From positions 119,429-183,428 of the forward strand of contig JBMNLH010000003.1 in NCBI GenBank assembly GCA_050952625.1: 64,000 bases of DNA, given 5' to 3'. Made by a program: the position numbers and the translations under genes. Positions 1 through 9,931 of the stretch are shown here, in pieces. Position 1 is the first letter of the stretch. Every line of letters begins with the position of its first letter. A model generated the notes under the pieces. That model made no database searches, was not told the DNA's origin, and was given only the letters and a program-made list of their open reading frames with translations. This DNA comes from Bacillota bacterium (GTDB taxonomy: Bacteria > Bacillota > Ch66 > Ch109).

Positions 1-312
1 GTTGTCCCACCCAGCGTCTAAGTATGGACTGATTTGTTCAGGGGGCATAGGTATAGGCAAATTCCGGGGGCGCGTAATCTTAAGTATGTATTCTTTGCCG
101 GTTGTAGTTGTATCATCGTCGACAATATCTCCATCATCGCTCGCGACATATTTGGAAGCAATATCAATGCAATCGTGGTCAGGCAAATTTACAAACCACA
201 GATTCCAAAGCTGCCTCTGGACATCCTTTTCTACGGGATTCTTTATTTGATCCAGAGCCTGCAGAAATCGAAATACTTGATTCAATTTACTTCGAATATT
301 ATCAGTATTCAT
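1..312 (-). CDS. N-terminus (partial, runs off window) of a large protein resembling AAA/SF1-helicase-domain island proteins
   Basis: Hand translation from ATG 312: MNTDNIRSKLNQVFRFLQALDQIKNPVEKDVQRQLWNLWFVNLPDHDCI...ILKITRPRNLPIPMPPEQISPYLDAGWDN, open to base 1. Family assignment is by recollected resemblance only. Confidence 0.5.
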   Translation of the reverse strand, partial: MNTDNIRSKLNQVFRFLQALDQIKNPVEKDVQRQLWNLWFVNLPDHDCIDIASKYVASDDGDIVDDDTTTTGKEYILKITRPRNLPIPMPPEQISPYLDAGWDN

Positions 313-2020
313 ATTGTATAATCACCCAACCTTAAAAACAGGAGTAATATTTACACCTTTCGTCCTCCCTGTACATCGCTTCTGTTTTATCAATTGTACA
401 GGGGCCTGATTTGAGTGGCTCATTTATTCGTGATCACTAAGGATCTTTTTGGCTCACTATTAGGGTTCTTTCCAATCTTTGTTGAATCTGGTGCAGGTTA
501 AGGTATAATGGAATAGTCTGAGATATTTAAAAAGAGGCTATTCTATGAATGAATTTATTAAGTTATTAGATGAGAATTTAGAGTACCTCAGCCATGAGAT
601 AATTGACGGATACGATTTTTATTAGAGTTCAGTCAATTAGAAAACAAGTTATCTGTCCTTTTTGTGGGCAACCTTCGTCAAAAACACATTCCCGTTACGA
701 CAAAAGCTTTCAAGATTTACCCATGCAGAATAAGAAAGTAATTATAATTCTCAGCAACCGAAAAATGTTTTGTCTTAATCCAGATTGTAACCATACAACT
801 TTTGCCGAAACTTTCGACTTCTTACCAGCCAAGGCTAAGAAGACAAAGCGACTGGAAGATAAGATAATAAATATAGCTATGAACGTAAGCTCCCTTACAG
901 CATCTGCTATATTAAAGACAAATGTTGCAAAAGTAGGAAAAAGTACTATTTGTAATCTCTTAAAAAAAAGGCACACCGATAATTGATAAGACATTAGTTT
1001 CCGTGGTCTGTATAGATGAATTTGCAATTAAGAAAAGGGAATCCTATGGAACAATCATGGTTGATATTAATACCCATCGTGTGATTGATTTAATCCCATC
1101 AAGAGAATGTGCTGACGTGGTAGAATGGCTAAAAACCTACCCGAATCTTAAAATAATTTCCAGAGATGGGTCTATTACGTATCATAATGCGATAACAACA
1201 GCACATCCGGATGCAGTACAGGTAAGTGACAGATTCCATCTATTAAAAAATTTAACTTCATATTGTAAAGACTTCCTTATGAAATGCTTTAAACCTAAAG
1301 TAATTATTGAGATTCCTAAAAAAACTGGGGCCGATACGGTTGAAACACAAGATCCCTCTGTCCAAAACAAAAAACTAACGCTAGCAGAAAAGTCAAATCG
1401 AGCACTAGTAATGCTGGCAGAAGGTATCAGCAAAACACAGATTTGCAGGCAGTTGAATATGGATATTCGGACACTAGATAAATTGATGGGAATGAGCGAC
1501 GAAGAACGAAATCTGTATGTAAAAAGCAGTATGGAACTCTCTCATGGACAAAAAGTGTTAAAGAAACAAGAATTAATAAATACCGTAAGGGATATGCATG
1601 AGAGAAAATGTTCTATAAGATCAATTGCCAAAGAGTTACAATTATCTAGACAGACAGTTGCAAAATATTTAGATAAAGGCTTAACAGCCGTCCATGGAAG
1701 CTATGGCGTTAAGAAAAAGAGCATCTTAGATCCATACCTAGATGAAATAAATGGGTTAATTGATAAAGGCGTTTCCTCGTCTGTAATTGAAGCAGAAATC
1801 CGTCAAAAAGGTTATACCGGTTCTTCCTCTACAGTTAGGCATTATATAACGCGCTTGAAAAAACTGATTCAAAATACATACAATACCACTGAAATTAAGC
1901 CAGAAAACACCAGATTACTGGAACGCAAACTGTTAATTAAACTATTATTCAAACCAGTGGAGAAAATCAAAGGACTGAGCAAGGAATGCTTAGATATAGT
2001 GAATAATCAATACCCCCGGT

Positions 2021-3627
2021 CACTAGTGTTGCATTAAATTTTTTAACAAAGCACTAAGTAGTTCATTATCATAAATGCTTAATAAATATACATGTTAATT
2101 ACCATAATATAACTGGTCCTATAAGAAAAAACTCCTTATAATAGAGATGTACAGGTAGTCCTGTCCATAATCTCTAAGATAAGGAGATCCCACTTATGGA
2201 CAAGGATACCAAAAAATCTGCATTTCGTGAATGCCTTGAGCCTATATTTGTATCTAGTTTTCAAAAGCTACTTAAAACCTGGGACATTGACAAGTACGTC
2301 AAAAAGCTGTTCGCTAATAACTTTATCCTTTTAATGCTTTACGCCCAGATTGATTGCCTTGACAGTTTGCGCCATACGAGTCAGATATTGAAGGATAGTG
2401 AAAAACTTCAGGAACTTATTGGAATAACTTCTATAAGTGCATCACAGCTATCCAGAAAACTCAGAGAAATGTCAACCGAAGTTCTTGAAAAATTGTTTAC
2501 TGAACTCGTAAAGGAGCTAGAAGCAACAATTGGTCATAAAGCAATGAGTCATCGTCTTAAAAGGATTTTCTTGGTGGATGCCTCGGTGATTAGCATTTGT
2601 CTCTCCAATCACCTTTGGGCAACCTACCGGAAAACTAAGGCCGGAGTCAAGCTTCACCTAAAACTAGCCTTTTATCCTGAAGTCGGGGTTTATCCTTATA
2701 CGGCAATTATCACAACCGCTAAAGGTAACGACCGGACTCAAATGGATAACTTGGTCGTTGAAGAATCTGGAGATGCGCTTTACGTTTTTGACCGAGGTTA
2801 CATTGATTACGAGAAGTTCGACAGCTATTGTGACAATAACAACCAGATCCGGTTTGTCAGCCGTTTAAAATCAAATGCGGTCAAGGAGTTAATCCTAGAG
2901 CAAAAGATCCTGGTTGATAATGAATGGGCACTGGAGCGAATTGTTCGTCTAGGCACACCGGGAGTTAACCAAATGAAACATCCTCTACGGTTAATTGAAA
3001 CCCGGGATACTCAAGGAAATGCCGTCACGATTGTAACCAATGACTTTGAACTAACTGCTCAAGAAATCAGTGATATTTATCGGAACCGGTGGGCAATTGA
3101 ACTATTTTTTAAATGGGTGAAGCAACATCTCAAGGTCAAAAAGTTTTATGGTAATAGCGAGAATGCCGTAAAGAATCAGATTTGGCTAGCCCTCATATCC
3201 TTTTGTTTGATGACATTACTCCAATCAAAGGTAAAGTTCTCGGGAGAGCTCTTGAGTCTTCAACGTCTTCTACAATCTTGTGGATATGATTCTTTAGAAC
3301 TTTTCCTCGACAAGTTGTTTAGGCCACCAGCTCGTAAATCTAATGGTGGAAGGCGAAAGAATACATGGGAACAGGAATTCTGGCGGCTTAACGAAGAAAC
3401 ATTGCTTTATGGGACTAGTATTCTAGATGAAATGATCCTGGATCTTATTTAACAAAATTAGGCAACGAAATGTGGCACAGGACTATCTTTAATTGATCAC
3501 TTGCTTTTTAACATTTACGGGAAAAACTCCTGTTCAGAATATTCAATCTTCGTCTATTTAGCCCTATATATAAGCCAGTGTAAAATGCACTTAGAAGAAA
3601 TGGGTTAAATTTTATGCATCACTAATG
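2021..3627 (+). mobile_element. IS4-family element, copy 1 (1607 bp), nested in the ISL3
   Basis: IRs CACTAGTGTTGCATTAA / TTATGCATCACTAATG; 9-bp TSD ACCCCCGGT at 2012-2020 and 3628-3636. Confidence 0.95.
2196..3452 (+). CDS. IS4-family DDE transposase
   Basis: DAS, FDRGY and YRNRWAIELFFKWVK (YREK) motifs; AAGGAG RBS. Confidence 0.95.
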   Translation: MDKDTKKSAFRECLEPIFVSSFQKLLKTWDIDKYVKKLFANNFILLMLYAQIDCLDSLRHTSQILKDSEKLQELIGITSISASQLSRKLREMSTEVLEKLFTELVKELEATIGHKAMSHRLKRIFLVDASVISICLSNHLWATYRKTKAGVKLHLKLAFYPEVGVYPYTAIITTAKGNDRTQMDNLVVEESGDALYVFDRGYIDYEKFDSYCDNNNQIRFVSRLKSNAVKELILEQKILVDNEWALERIVRLGTPGVNQMKHPLRLIETRDTQGNAVTIVTNDFELTAQEISDIYRNRWAIELFFKWVKQHLKVKKFYGNSENAVKNQIWLALISFCLMTLLQSKVKFSGELLSLQRLLQSCGYDSLELFLDKLFRPPARKSNGGRRKNTWEQEFWRLNEETLLYGTSILDEMILDLI

Positions 3628-4099
3628 ACCCCCGGTATAAAGAGATCATAGATATAGTTCAAGAATTCAAGAGAATATTGAAGGATAAAAATGTTAATAA
3701 GATTGAACAGTGGCTACATAGGGCAGCCAGCTTAAATATCCGTGAAATAAACTCATTTATAAACGGTATTACTAGAGATATTATTGCTGTAAAAAATGCC
3801 ATTAAATACGAATACAACAACGGACTTGCTGAAGGTTGTGTAAATAAACTTAAAGTTGTGAAAAGGATTATGTATGGCCGTAATAGTTTTGAAATGTTAA
3901 GAAAGAAGTTGTTATGGCTCGAAAGAAGATGCCAGTTCAACTAACGTTGGAAAGAACCACTATTAGATTATCATTCACATTTCTTATTAAACGGTATTAA
4001 ATAGATTTGGAAATATTTTATTGTCGACAAAATCGATCGGATTATAATTATCCATTTGTGAATATTTTATGGTTAATAGATTAAATTCTTAGTCATTTT

Positions 4100-5701
4100 C
4101 ACTAGTGATGCATAAAATTTAACCCATTTCTTCTAAGTGCATTTTACACTGGCTTATATATAGGGCTAAATAGACTAAGATTGAATATTCTGAACAGGAT
4201 TTTTTCCCGTAAATGTTAAAAGCAAGTGATCAATTAAAGATAGCCCTGTACCACATTTCGTTGCCTAATTTTGTTAAATGAGATCTAAGGTTGTTTCATC
4301 TAGAATACTAGTCCCATAAAGCAATGTTTGTTCGTTTAGCTGCCAGAATTCCTGTTCCCATGTATTCTTTCGTCTTCCATTAGATTTACGAGCTGGTGGT
4401 CTAAACAGCTTTTCAAGGAAAAGTTCTAAAGAATCATATCCACAGGATTGTAGCAAACGTTGAAGACCCAAGAGCTTTCCCGAGAACTTTACCTTTGATT
4501 GGAGTAATGTCATCAAACAAAAGGATATTAGTGCTAGCCAAATCTGATTCTTTACGGCATTCTCGCTATTACCATAAAACTTTTTGACCTTGAGATGTTG
4601 CTTCACCCATTTAAAAAATAGTTCAATTGCCCACCGGTTTCGGTAAATATCACTGATTTCTTGGGCAGTTAACTCAAAGTCATTGGTTACAATCGTGACG
4701 GCATTTCCTTGAGTATCCCGGGTTTCAATTAACCGTAGAGGATGTTTCATTTGGTTAACTCCCGGTGTGCCTAGACGAACAATTCGCTCCAGTGCCCATT
4801 CATTATCAACCAGGATCTTTTGCTCCAGGATTAACTCCTTTATCGCATTTGATTTTAAACGGCTGACAAACCGAATCTGGTTGTTATTATCACAATAGCT
4901 GTCGAACTTCTCGTAATCAATGTAACCTCGGTCAAAAACGTAAAGCGCATCTCCAGATTCTTCAACGACCAAGTTATCCATTTGAGTTCGGTCGTTACCT
5001 TTAGCGGTTGTGATGATTGCCGTATGAGGATAAACCCCAACTTCGGGATAAAAGGCTAGTTTTAGATGAAGCTTAACTCCACCCTTAGTTTTCCGGTAGG
5101 TTGCCCAAAGGTGATTGGAGAGACAAAGGCTAATCACCGAGGCATCCACCAAGAAAATCCTTTTAAGACGATGACTCGTTGCTTTTTGGCCAATTGTTGC
5201 TTCCAGTTCTTTTACGAGTTCAGTAAATAATTGCTCAAGAACTTCGGTCGACATTTCTCTGAGTTTTCTGGATAGCTGCGACGCACTTATAGAATCTAAT
5301 CCAATAAGTTCTTGAAGTTTCTCACAATCCTTTAATATCTGACTCGTATGGCGCAAACTGTCAAGGCAATCAATCTGGGCGTAAAGCATTAAAAGGATAA
5401 AGTTATTAACAAACAGCTTTTTGGTGTATTTGTCAATGTCCCAGCTTTTAAGTAGTTTTTGAAAACCAGATGCAAATATAGGCTTAAGGCATTCACGAAA
5501 TGCAGATTTTCTGGTATCCTTGTCCATAAGCAGATCTCCTTATTTTAGAGATTATGGACAGGACTACCTGTACATCTCTATTATAAGGAGTTTTTTCTTA
5601 TAGGACCAGTTATATTATGGTAATCCGCATGTATAATCGTTAAACATCTATGATGAATGAACAACTTAGTATTTTGTTAAAAAGTTAATGCAACACTAAT
5701 G
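4100..5701 (-). mobile_element. IS4-family element, copy 2 (diverged isoform, 1602 bp)
   Basis: Same IR type; 9-bp TSD AGTCATTTT at 4091-4099 and 5702-5710. Confidence 0.95.
4274..5527 (-). CDS. IS4-family DDE transposase
   Basis: 417-aa close paralogue of the copy 1 transposase. Confidence 0.95.
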   Translation of the reverse strand: MDKDTRKSAFRECLKPIFASGFQKLLKSWDIDKYTKKLFVNNFILLMLYAQIDCLDSLRHTSQILKDCEKLQELIGLDSISASQLSRKLREMSTEVLEQLFTELVKELEATIGQKATSHRLKRIFLVDASVISLCLSNHLWATYRKTKGGVKLHLKLAFYPEVGVYPHTAIITTAKGNDRTQMDNLVVEESGDALYVFDRGYIDYEKFDSYCDNNNQIRFVSRLKSNAIKELILEQKILVDNEWALERIVRLGTPGVNQMKHPLRLIETRDTQGNAVTIVTNDFELTAQEISDIYRNRWAIELFFKWVKQHLKVKKFYGNSENAVKNQIWLALISFCLMTLLQSKVKFSGKLLGLQRLLQSCGYDSLELFLEKLFRPPARKSNGRRKNTWEQEFWQLNEQTLLYGTSILDETTLDLI

Positions 5702-5850
5702 AGTCATTTTACATTTTCCTTCTATATCCATAATATTTTCTAAATAATTTTAGCGAATTACGTATCGGTATAGATTTCAACCCTACACAATTTTCTTATC
5801 CTTATCGTACTATGTATGAATTACCGCCAAAAACTTACCTGAAATTATAA

Positions 5851-6066
5851 AAAGATACATCCGTACCCCCATCGAAACCCTCCCCAACCTGGTGGTACCG
5901 GGATACCCCGTCCACCGACATCGAGCTGGAAGAATTTTTGAAATCGGCTAACATTTACTTCGATGGCTCCCCGCTAGATGAAGAAGATAAGGAGGACATT
6001 TTAACTTACCTCAAGGTTAAGTGGGAAAGAGAGAAAAGAAAAAGGGAAAAGGAAAGCAAAAGATAG
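5851..6066 (+). pseudogene. C-terminal remnant of an XRE/ImmR-like phage/ICE repressor
   Basis: Start-less frame ...DIELEEFLKSANIYFDGSPLDEEDKEDILTYLKVKWEREKRK...; the FDGxPLxEEDKE pattern is typical of Firmicute HTH repressor C-termini. Confidence 0.55.
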
Positions 6067-6070
6067 AGGA

Positions 6071-6301
6071 GTGATAAAGTTGACTTCTCACCGTTTTCTA
6101 GTGGTAATCGAGCAAGACGAAGATGGCAAATACATTGCTTCTGTACCATCTCTCCCCGGGTGCCATACTCAGGCGGATAATCTGACTGACCTGGATAAAC
6201 GCATTCAAGAGGCAATAAAGCTTTACCTTGATGAAAATGCTGATGTTGTTATACCAGAGGGAAAGTTTATCGGTATCTATCAAGTTGAGGTGCAGGCATG
6301 A
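6071..6301 (+). CDS. hicB: HicB-family antitoxin
   Basis: VVIEQDEDGKYIASVPSLPGCHTQAD...RIQEAIKLYL signature. Confidence 0.9.
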   Translation: MIKLTSHRFLVVIEQDEDGKYIASVPSLPGCHTQADNLTDLDKRIQEAIKLYLDENADVVIPEGKFIGIYQVEVQA

Positions 6302-6387
6302 CAAGGCTTGCGATTATTTCCGCTGAAAAAATGGAACGCATATTACCCAAGTATATAAGGGATACACATAGGTGGAAGGGCCGCTGA
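6298..6387 (+). pseudogene. hicA: Truncated HicA toxin (only ~16 N-terminal codons homologous)
   Basis: ATGA overlap with the hicB stop; MTRLAIISAEKMERIL, then unrelated sequence and an early stop. Confidence 0.65.
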
Positions 6388-6400
6388 ATTCAGCGGCCCT
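6377..6400. terminator. GC-rich hairpin downstream of hicBA
   Basis: Perfect IR AGGGCCGCTG-AATT-CAGCGGCCCT. Confidence 0.5.
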
Positions 6401-6503
6401 AAACTATCCTATCGTCAATTTACCTCATCTACACAAACTTAAAGCCCACACTCGGCATGTCAAAAATTTCTAGAAAAATTTTTTAAAATATGTCCAGTAT
6501 CTG

Positions 6504-6532
6504 GCAGGGACCGCTAAATTTATGTCGAATAT
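6504..6532 (+). promoter_or_regulatory. sigmaH-like promoter of the IS1634 transposase, cut off from the gene by the IS4 insertion
   Basis: GCAGGGACC-N11-GTCGAATAT. Confidence 0.45.
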
Positions 6533-8139
6533 CATTAGTGATGCATAAAATTTAACCCATTTCTTCTAAGTGCATTTTACACTGGCTTATATATAGGGCT
6601 AAATAGACGAAGATTGAATATTCTGAACAGGAGTTTTTCCCGTAAATGTTAAAAAGCAAGTGATCAATTAAAGATAGTCCTGTGCCACATTTCGTTGCCT
6701 AATTTTGTTAAATAAGATCCAGGATCATTTCATCTAGAATACTAGTCCCATAAAGCAATGTTTCTTCGTTAAGCCGCCAGAATTCCTGTTCCCATGTATT
6801 TTTTCGCCTTCCACCATTAGATTTACGAGCTGGTGGCCTAAACAACTTGTCGAGGAAAAGTTCTAAAGAATCATATCCACAAGATTGTAGAAGACGTTGA
6901 AGACTCAAGAGCTCTCCCGAGAACTTTACCTTTGATTGGAGTAATGTCATCAAACAAAAGGATATGAGGGCTAGCCAAATCTGATTCTTTACGGCATTCT
7001 CGCTATTACCATAAAACTTTTTGACCTTGAGATGTTGCTTCACCCATTTAAAAAATAGTTCAATTGCCCACCGGTTCCGATAAATATCACTGATTTCTTG
7101 AGCAGTTAGTTCAAAGTCATTGGTTACAATCGTGACGGCATTTCCTTGAGTATCCCGGGTTTCAATTAACCGTAGAGGATGTTTCATTTGGTTAACTCCC
7201 GGTGTGCCTAGACGAACAATTCGCTCCAGTGCCCATTCATTATCAACCAGGATCTTTTGCTCTAGGATTAACTCCTTGACCGCATTTGATTTTAAACGGC
7301 TGACAAACCGGATCTGGTTGTTATTGTCACAATAGCTGTCGAACTTCTCGTAATCAATGTAACCTCGGTCAAAAACGTAAAGCGCATCTCCAGATTCTTC
7401 AACGACCAAGTTATCCATTTGAGTCCGGTCGTTACCTTTAGCGGTTGTGATAATTGCCGTATAAGGATAAACCCCGACTTCAGGATAAAAGGCTAGTTTT
7501 AGGTGAAGCTTGACTCCGGCCTTAGTTTTCCGGTAGGTTGCCCAAAGGTGATTGGAGAGACAAAAGCTAATCACCGAGGCATCCACCAAGAAAATCCTTT
7601 TAAGACGATGACTCATTGCTTTATGACCAATTGTTGCTTCTAGCTCCTTTACGAGTTCAGTAAACAATTTTTCAAGAACTTCGGTTGACATTTCTCTGAG
7701 TTTTCTGGATAGCTGTGATGCACTTATAGAAGTTATTCCAATAAGTTCCTGAAGTTTTTCACTATCCTTCAATATCTGACTCGTATGGCGCAAACTGTCA
7801 AGGCAATCAATCTGGGCGTAAAGCATTAAAAGGATAAAGTTATTAGCGAACAGCTTTTTGACGTACTTGTCAATGTCCCAGGTTTTAAGTAGCTTTTGAA
7901 AACTAGATACAAATATAGGCTCAAGGCATTCACGAAATGCAGATTTTTTGGTATCCTTGTCCATAAGTGGGATCTCCTTATCTTAGAGATTATGGACAGG
8001 ACTACCTGTACATCTCTATTATAAGGAGTTTTTTCTTATAGGACCAGTTATATTATGGTAATTAACATGTATATTTATTAAGCATTTATGATAATGAACT
8101 ACTTAGTGCTTTGTTAAAAAATTTAATGCAACACTAGTG
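6533..8139 (-). mobile_element. IS4-family element, copy 3 (1607 bp, near-identical to copy 1)
   Basis: IRs as in copy 1; 9-bp TSD GTCGAATAT at 6524-6532 and 8140-8148. Confidence 0.95.
6708..7964 (-). CDS. IS4-family DDE transposase
   Basis: 418 aa, one residue different from copy 1. Confidence 0.95.
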   Translation of the reverse strand: MDKDTKKSAFRECLEPIFVSSFQKLLKTWDIDKYVKKLFANNFILLMLYAQIDCLDSLRHTSQILKDSEKLQELIGITSISASQLSRKLREMSTEVLEKLFTELVKELEATIGHKAMSHRLKRIFLVDASVISFCLSNHLWATYRKTKAGVKLHLKLAFYPEVGVYPYTAIITTAKGNDRTQMDNLVVEESGDALYVFDRGYIDYEKFDSYCDNNNQIRFVSRLKSNAVKELILEQKILVDNEWALERIVRLGTPGVNQMKHPLRLIETRDTQGNAVTIVTNDFELTAQEISDIYRNRWAIELFFKWVKQHLKVKKFYGNSENAVKNQIWLALISFCLMTLLQSKVKFSGELLSLQRLLQSCGYDSLELFLDKLFRPPARKSNGGRRKNTWEQEFWRLNEETLLYGTSILDEMILDLI

Positions 8140-8174
8140 GTCGAATATAACTCTTTAAGATATTTCTTTGGGAG

Positions 8175-9866
8175 TTGATTCGATTGTCAATATTTGCTGG
8201 GATTAAGACCCTTAAACCAATGGCTGTTCCGGTAATCACCAAACTCTGTCGTCTAGCTAAGATTCGGGAACTGGTTAACGAGATAGTATTTTGGAGAGAA
8301 GATAATTCTAAAATCTCTCCGGGTCTTCTGATCGAAACCCTCATTATTAGTATCTTCTGTGGCCGGATGCCTTTATGGAAAGTGCATCAATTTTGGGCTG
8401 AGCAGGATTTATCTAACCTGTTTCCTGATGTGGAATTATCAATTGATCAGCTTAACGAACATGCCTACGGCCGGGCTTTAGATAAACTGGCTGAAGTTGA
8501 TTTAAACAAGCTGATCAGTTTGGTATCCTTGGTGATGCTTGATATTCACAATTTGGATATCTCCACGGTTCATCTAGATACTACTTCCATATCGGTCGAA
8601 GGAATCTATGATGTAGAGCCATACAACGATTTTACGATTAATAGAGGTCACAGTAAGGATCTGCGCCCGGACCTTAAACAATTCAAAATTGGGGCTGCAG
8701 TGCAGCAAAACGGCCAAGTGGTCATGGGTGAAATGCTCTCCGGGAACAAATCTGATAACAAATGGAACCCGGAAGCAGCCTTGAAAATGAAAGAGTTCTT
8801 TGATACCCAAGGTTATCGGGATGTCGTCTTTGTTGGTGACTGTGCTTTGATCTCCAATGAATCTTTAGCCAATCTGACCAAGCAGCACGTTCAGTTTATC
8901 TCTCGACTGCCCGAAACCTACAACTTAGCGAAAGAACTAAAAACCCTGGCCTGGGCCGAAAACGCCTGGCATGACCTTGGGATAGTCAGTGAAACCAACT
9001 CGAAAAAGGCTTCTCACTACCGAACCTATTTGGTCCATCATGAGCTGGAAGGACACCCTTATGATTTTGTGGTAGTTCACTCCTCTTCCCTGGAAACCCA
9101 GAAAGAAAAGACCTTACAAAAACGGATTGGAAAGCAAAAAGAGGAGTTAACTAAACAAAGTAAAGGCTTAAAAACAAAGGCCTTCGCCTGTGAACCTGAT
9201 GCCCAGGCTGCTTTGGCTGTCTTCCTTCAAGAATGCCAGCAAAAAGGCTTTGAGGTTCAAGGAACGGTTCAGAGCTGCGTCAAAAAGTCTTACGGTCACC
9301 GAGGAAAACCCCGCAATGGAGAAGAACCGACGATTACCACGACATATCACGCTGAAGTCAGTATTGGCGATATAAAACCAGAGGTTTACCAGCACCTGCT
9401 CCAAATGGAATCTACCTTCGTGCTGATCGCCAATGTGAAAGATCGTCAAAAATACGATGATCAAGGGATTTTATTAGAATATAAACGCCAGATCTCAATT
9501 GAAACCAAGTTTCGATTCCTCAAAAACCGGGTGTATTTAGGCCCAGTATACTTGGAAAACCCGAAGCGAATCTATGCTCTAGGTTATGTGTTTATCCTGG
9601 TATTACTGCTGGCTTCCTACCTGGAGTACCGAGTTCGCAAGGCCCTAAAGGAACAAGGAGAAGCAGTGAAATTACCGGGAAACAAAAGTACCGACAGACC
9701 TTCCGTGCAAACTATCCTGGAAGTATTGGGTACTATTCAGATAGTGAGTATTCAGGGTCAGCGATATTTTCCGGATAATGTTAACCGTCAAGCTTTAAAT
9801 ATGGTCCGTTGGGCCGGGTTTAACCCGGAAGAAATCTATCTCAAACCGATATCACTAAACGCCTAA
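8175..9866 (+). CDS. IS1634-family transposase
   Basis: HLDTTSISVEG, GHSKDLRPDLKQF, VGDCAL and YKRQISIETKFRFLK motifs; 563 aa. Confidence 0.9.
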   Translation: MIRLSIFAGIKTLKPMAVPVITKLCRLAKIRELVNEIVFWREDNSKISPGLLIETLIISIFCGRMPLWKVHQFWAEQDLSNLFPDVELSIDQLNEHAYGRALDKLAEVDLNKLISLVSLVMLDIHNLDISTVHLDTTSISVEGIYDVEPYNDFTINRGHSKDLRPDLKQFKIGAAVQQNGQVVMGEMLSGNKSDNKWNPEAALKMKEFFDTQGYRDVVFVGDCALISNESLANLTKQHVQFISRLPETYNLAKELKTLAWAENAWHDLGIVSETNSKKASHYRTYLVHHELEGHPYDFVVVHSSSLETQKEKTLQKRIGKQKEELTKQSKGLKTKAFACEPDAQAALAVFLQECQQKGFEVQGTVQSCVKKSYGHRGKPRNGEEPTITTTYHAEVSIGDIKPEVYQHLLQMESTFVLIANVKDRQKYDDQGILLEYKRQISIETKFRFLKNRVYLGPVYLENPKRIYALGYVFILVLLLASYLEYRVRKALKEQGEAVKLPGNKSTDRPSVQTILEVLGTIQIVSIQGQRYFPDNVNRQALNMVRWAGFNPEEIYLKPISLNA

Positions 9867-9931
9867 TTCGTGGAAATAGTTTCCTTTTGTCTTAAATCGA
9901 AAAGGTTTAAGGTGACATGATGAACATGGGA

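Larger units (their letters stand above)
545..3944 (+). pseudogene. ISL3 transposase, split into 545/603-986, ~970-2020 and 3637-3944
   Basis: Zn finger CPFC...CLNPDC, IDEFA and DRFHLLKN motifs, C-terminal NNGLAEGCVNKLKVVKRIMYGR. Removing the IS4 restores ...QYPRYKEIIDIV... in frame. Confidence 0.9.
464..3958 (+). mobile_element. ISL3-family insertion sequence, interrupted by an IS4
   Basis: Terminal IRs GGTTCTTTCCAA...GTTGAA at 464 and ending at 3958; 8-bp target duplication ACTATTAG at 456-463 and 3959-3966. Confidence 0.93.
6445..9930 (+). mobile_element. IS1634-family element carrying nested IS4 copy 3
   Basis: Imperfect IRs CCCACACTCGGCATGTCA / TGACATGATGAACATGGG (13/18 match); no matching TSD. 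Confidence 0.7.

Noticed and set aside
2021-8139. Composite transposon or inversion between IS4 copies
   Set aside because: Each copy retains its own matching TSD, indicating independent insertions with no exchange of flanks.
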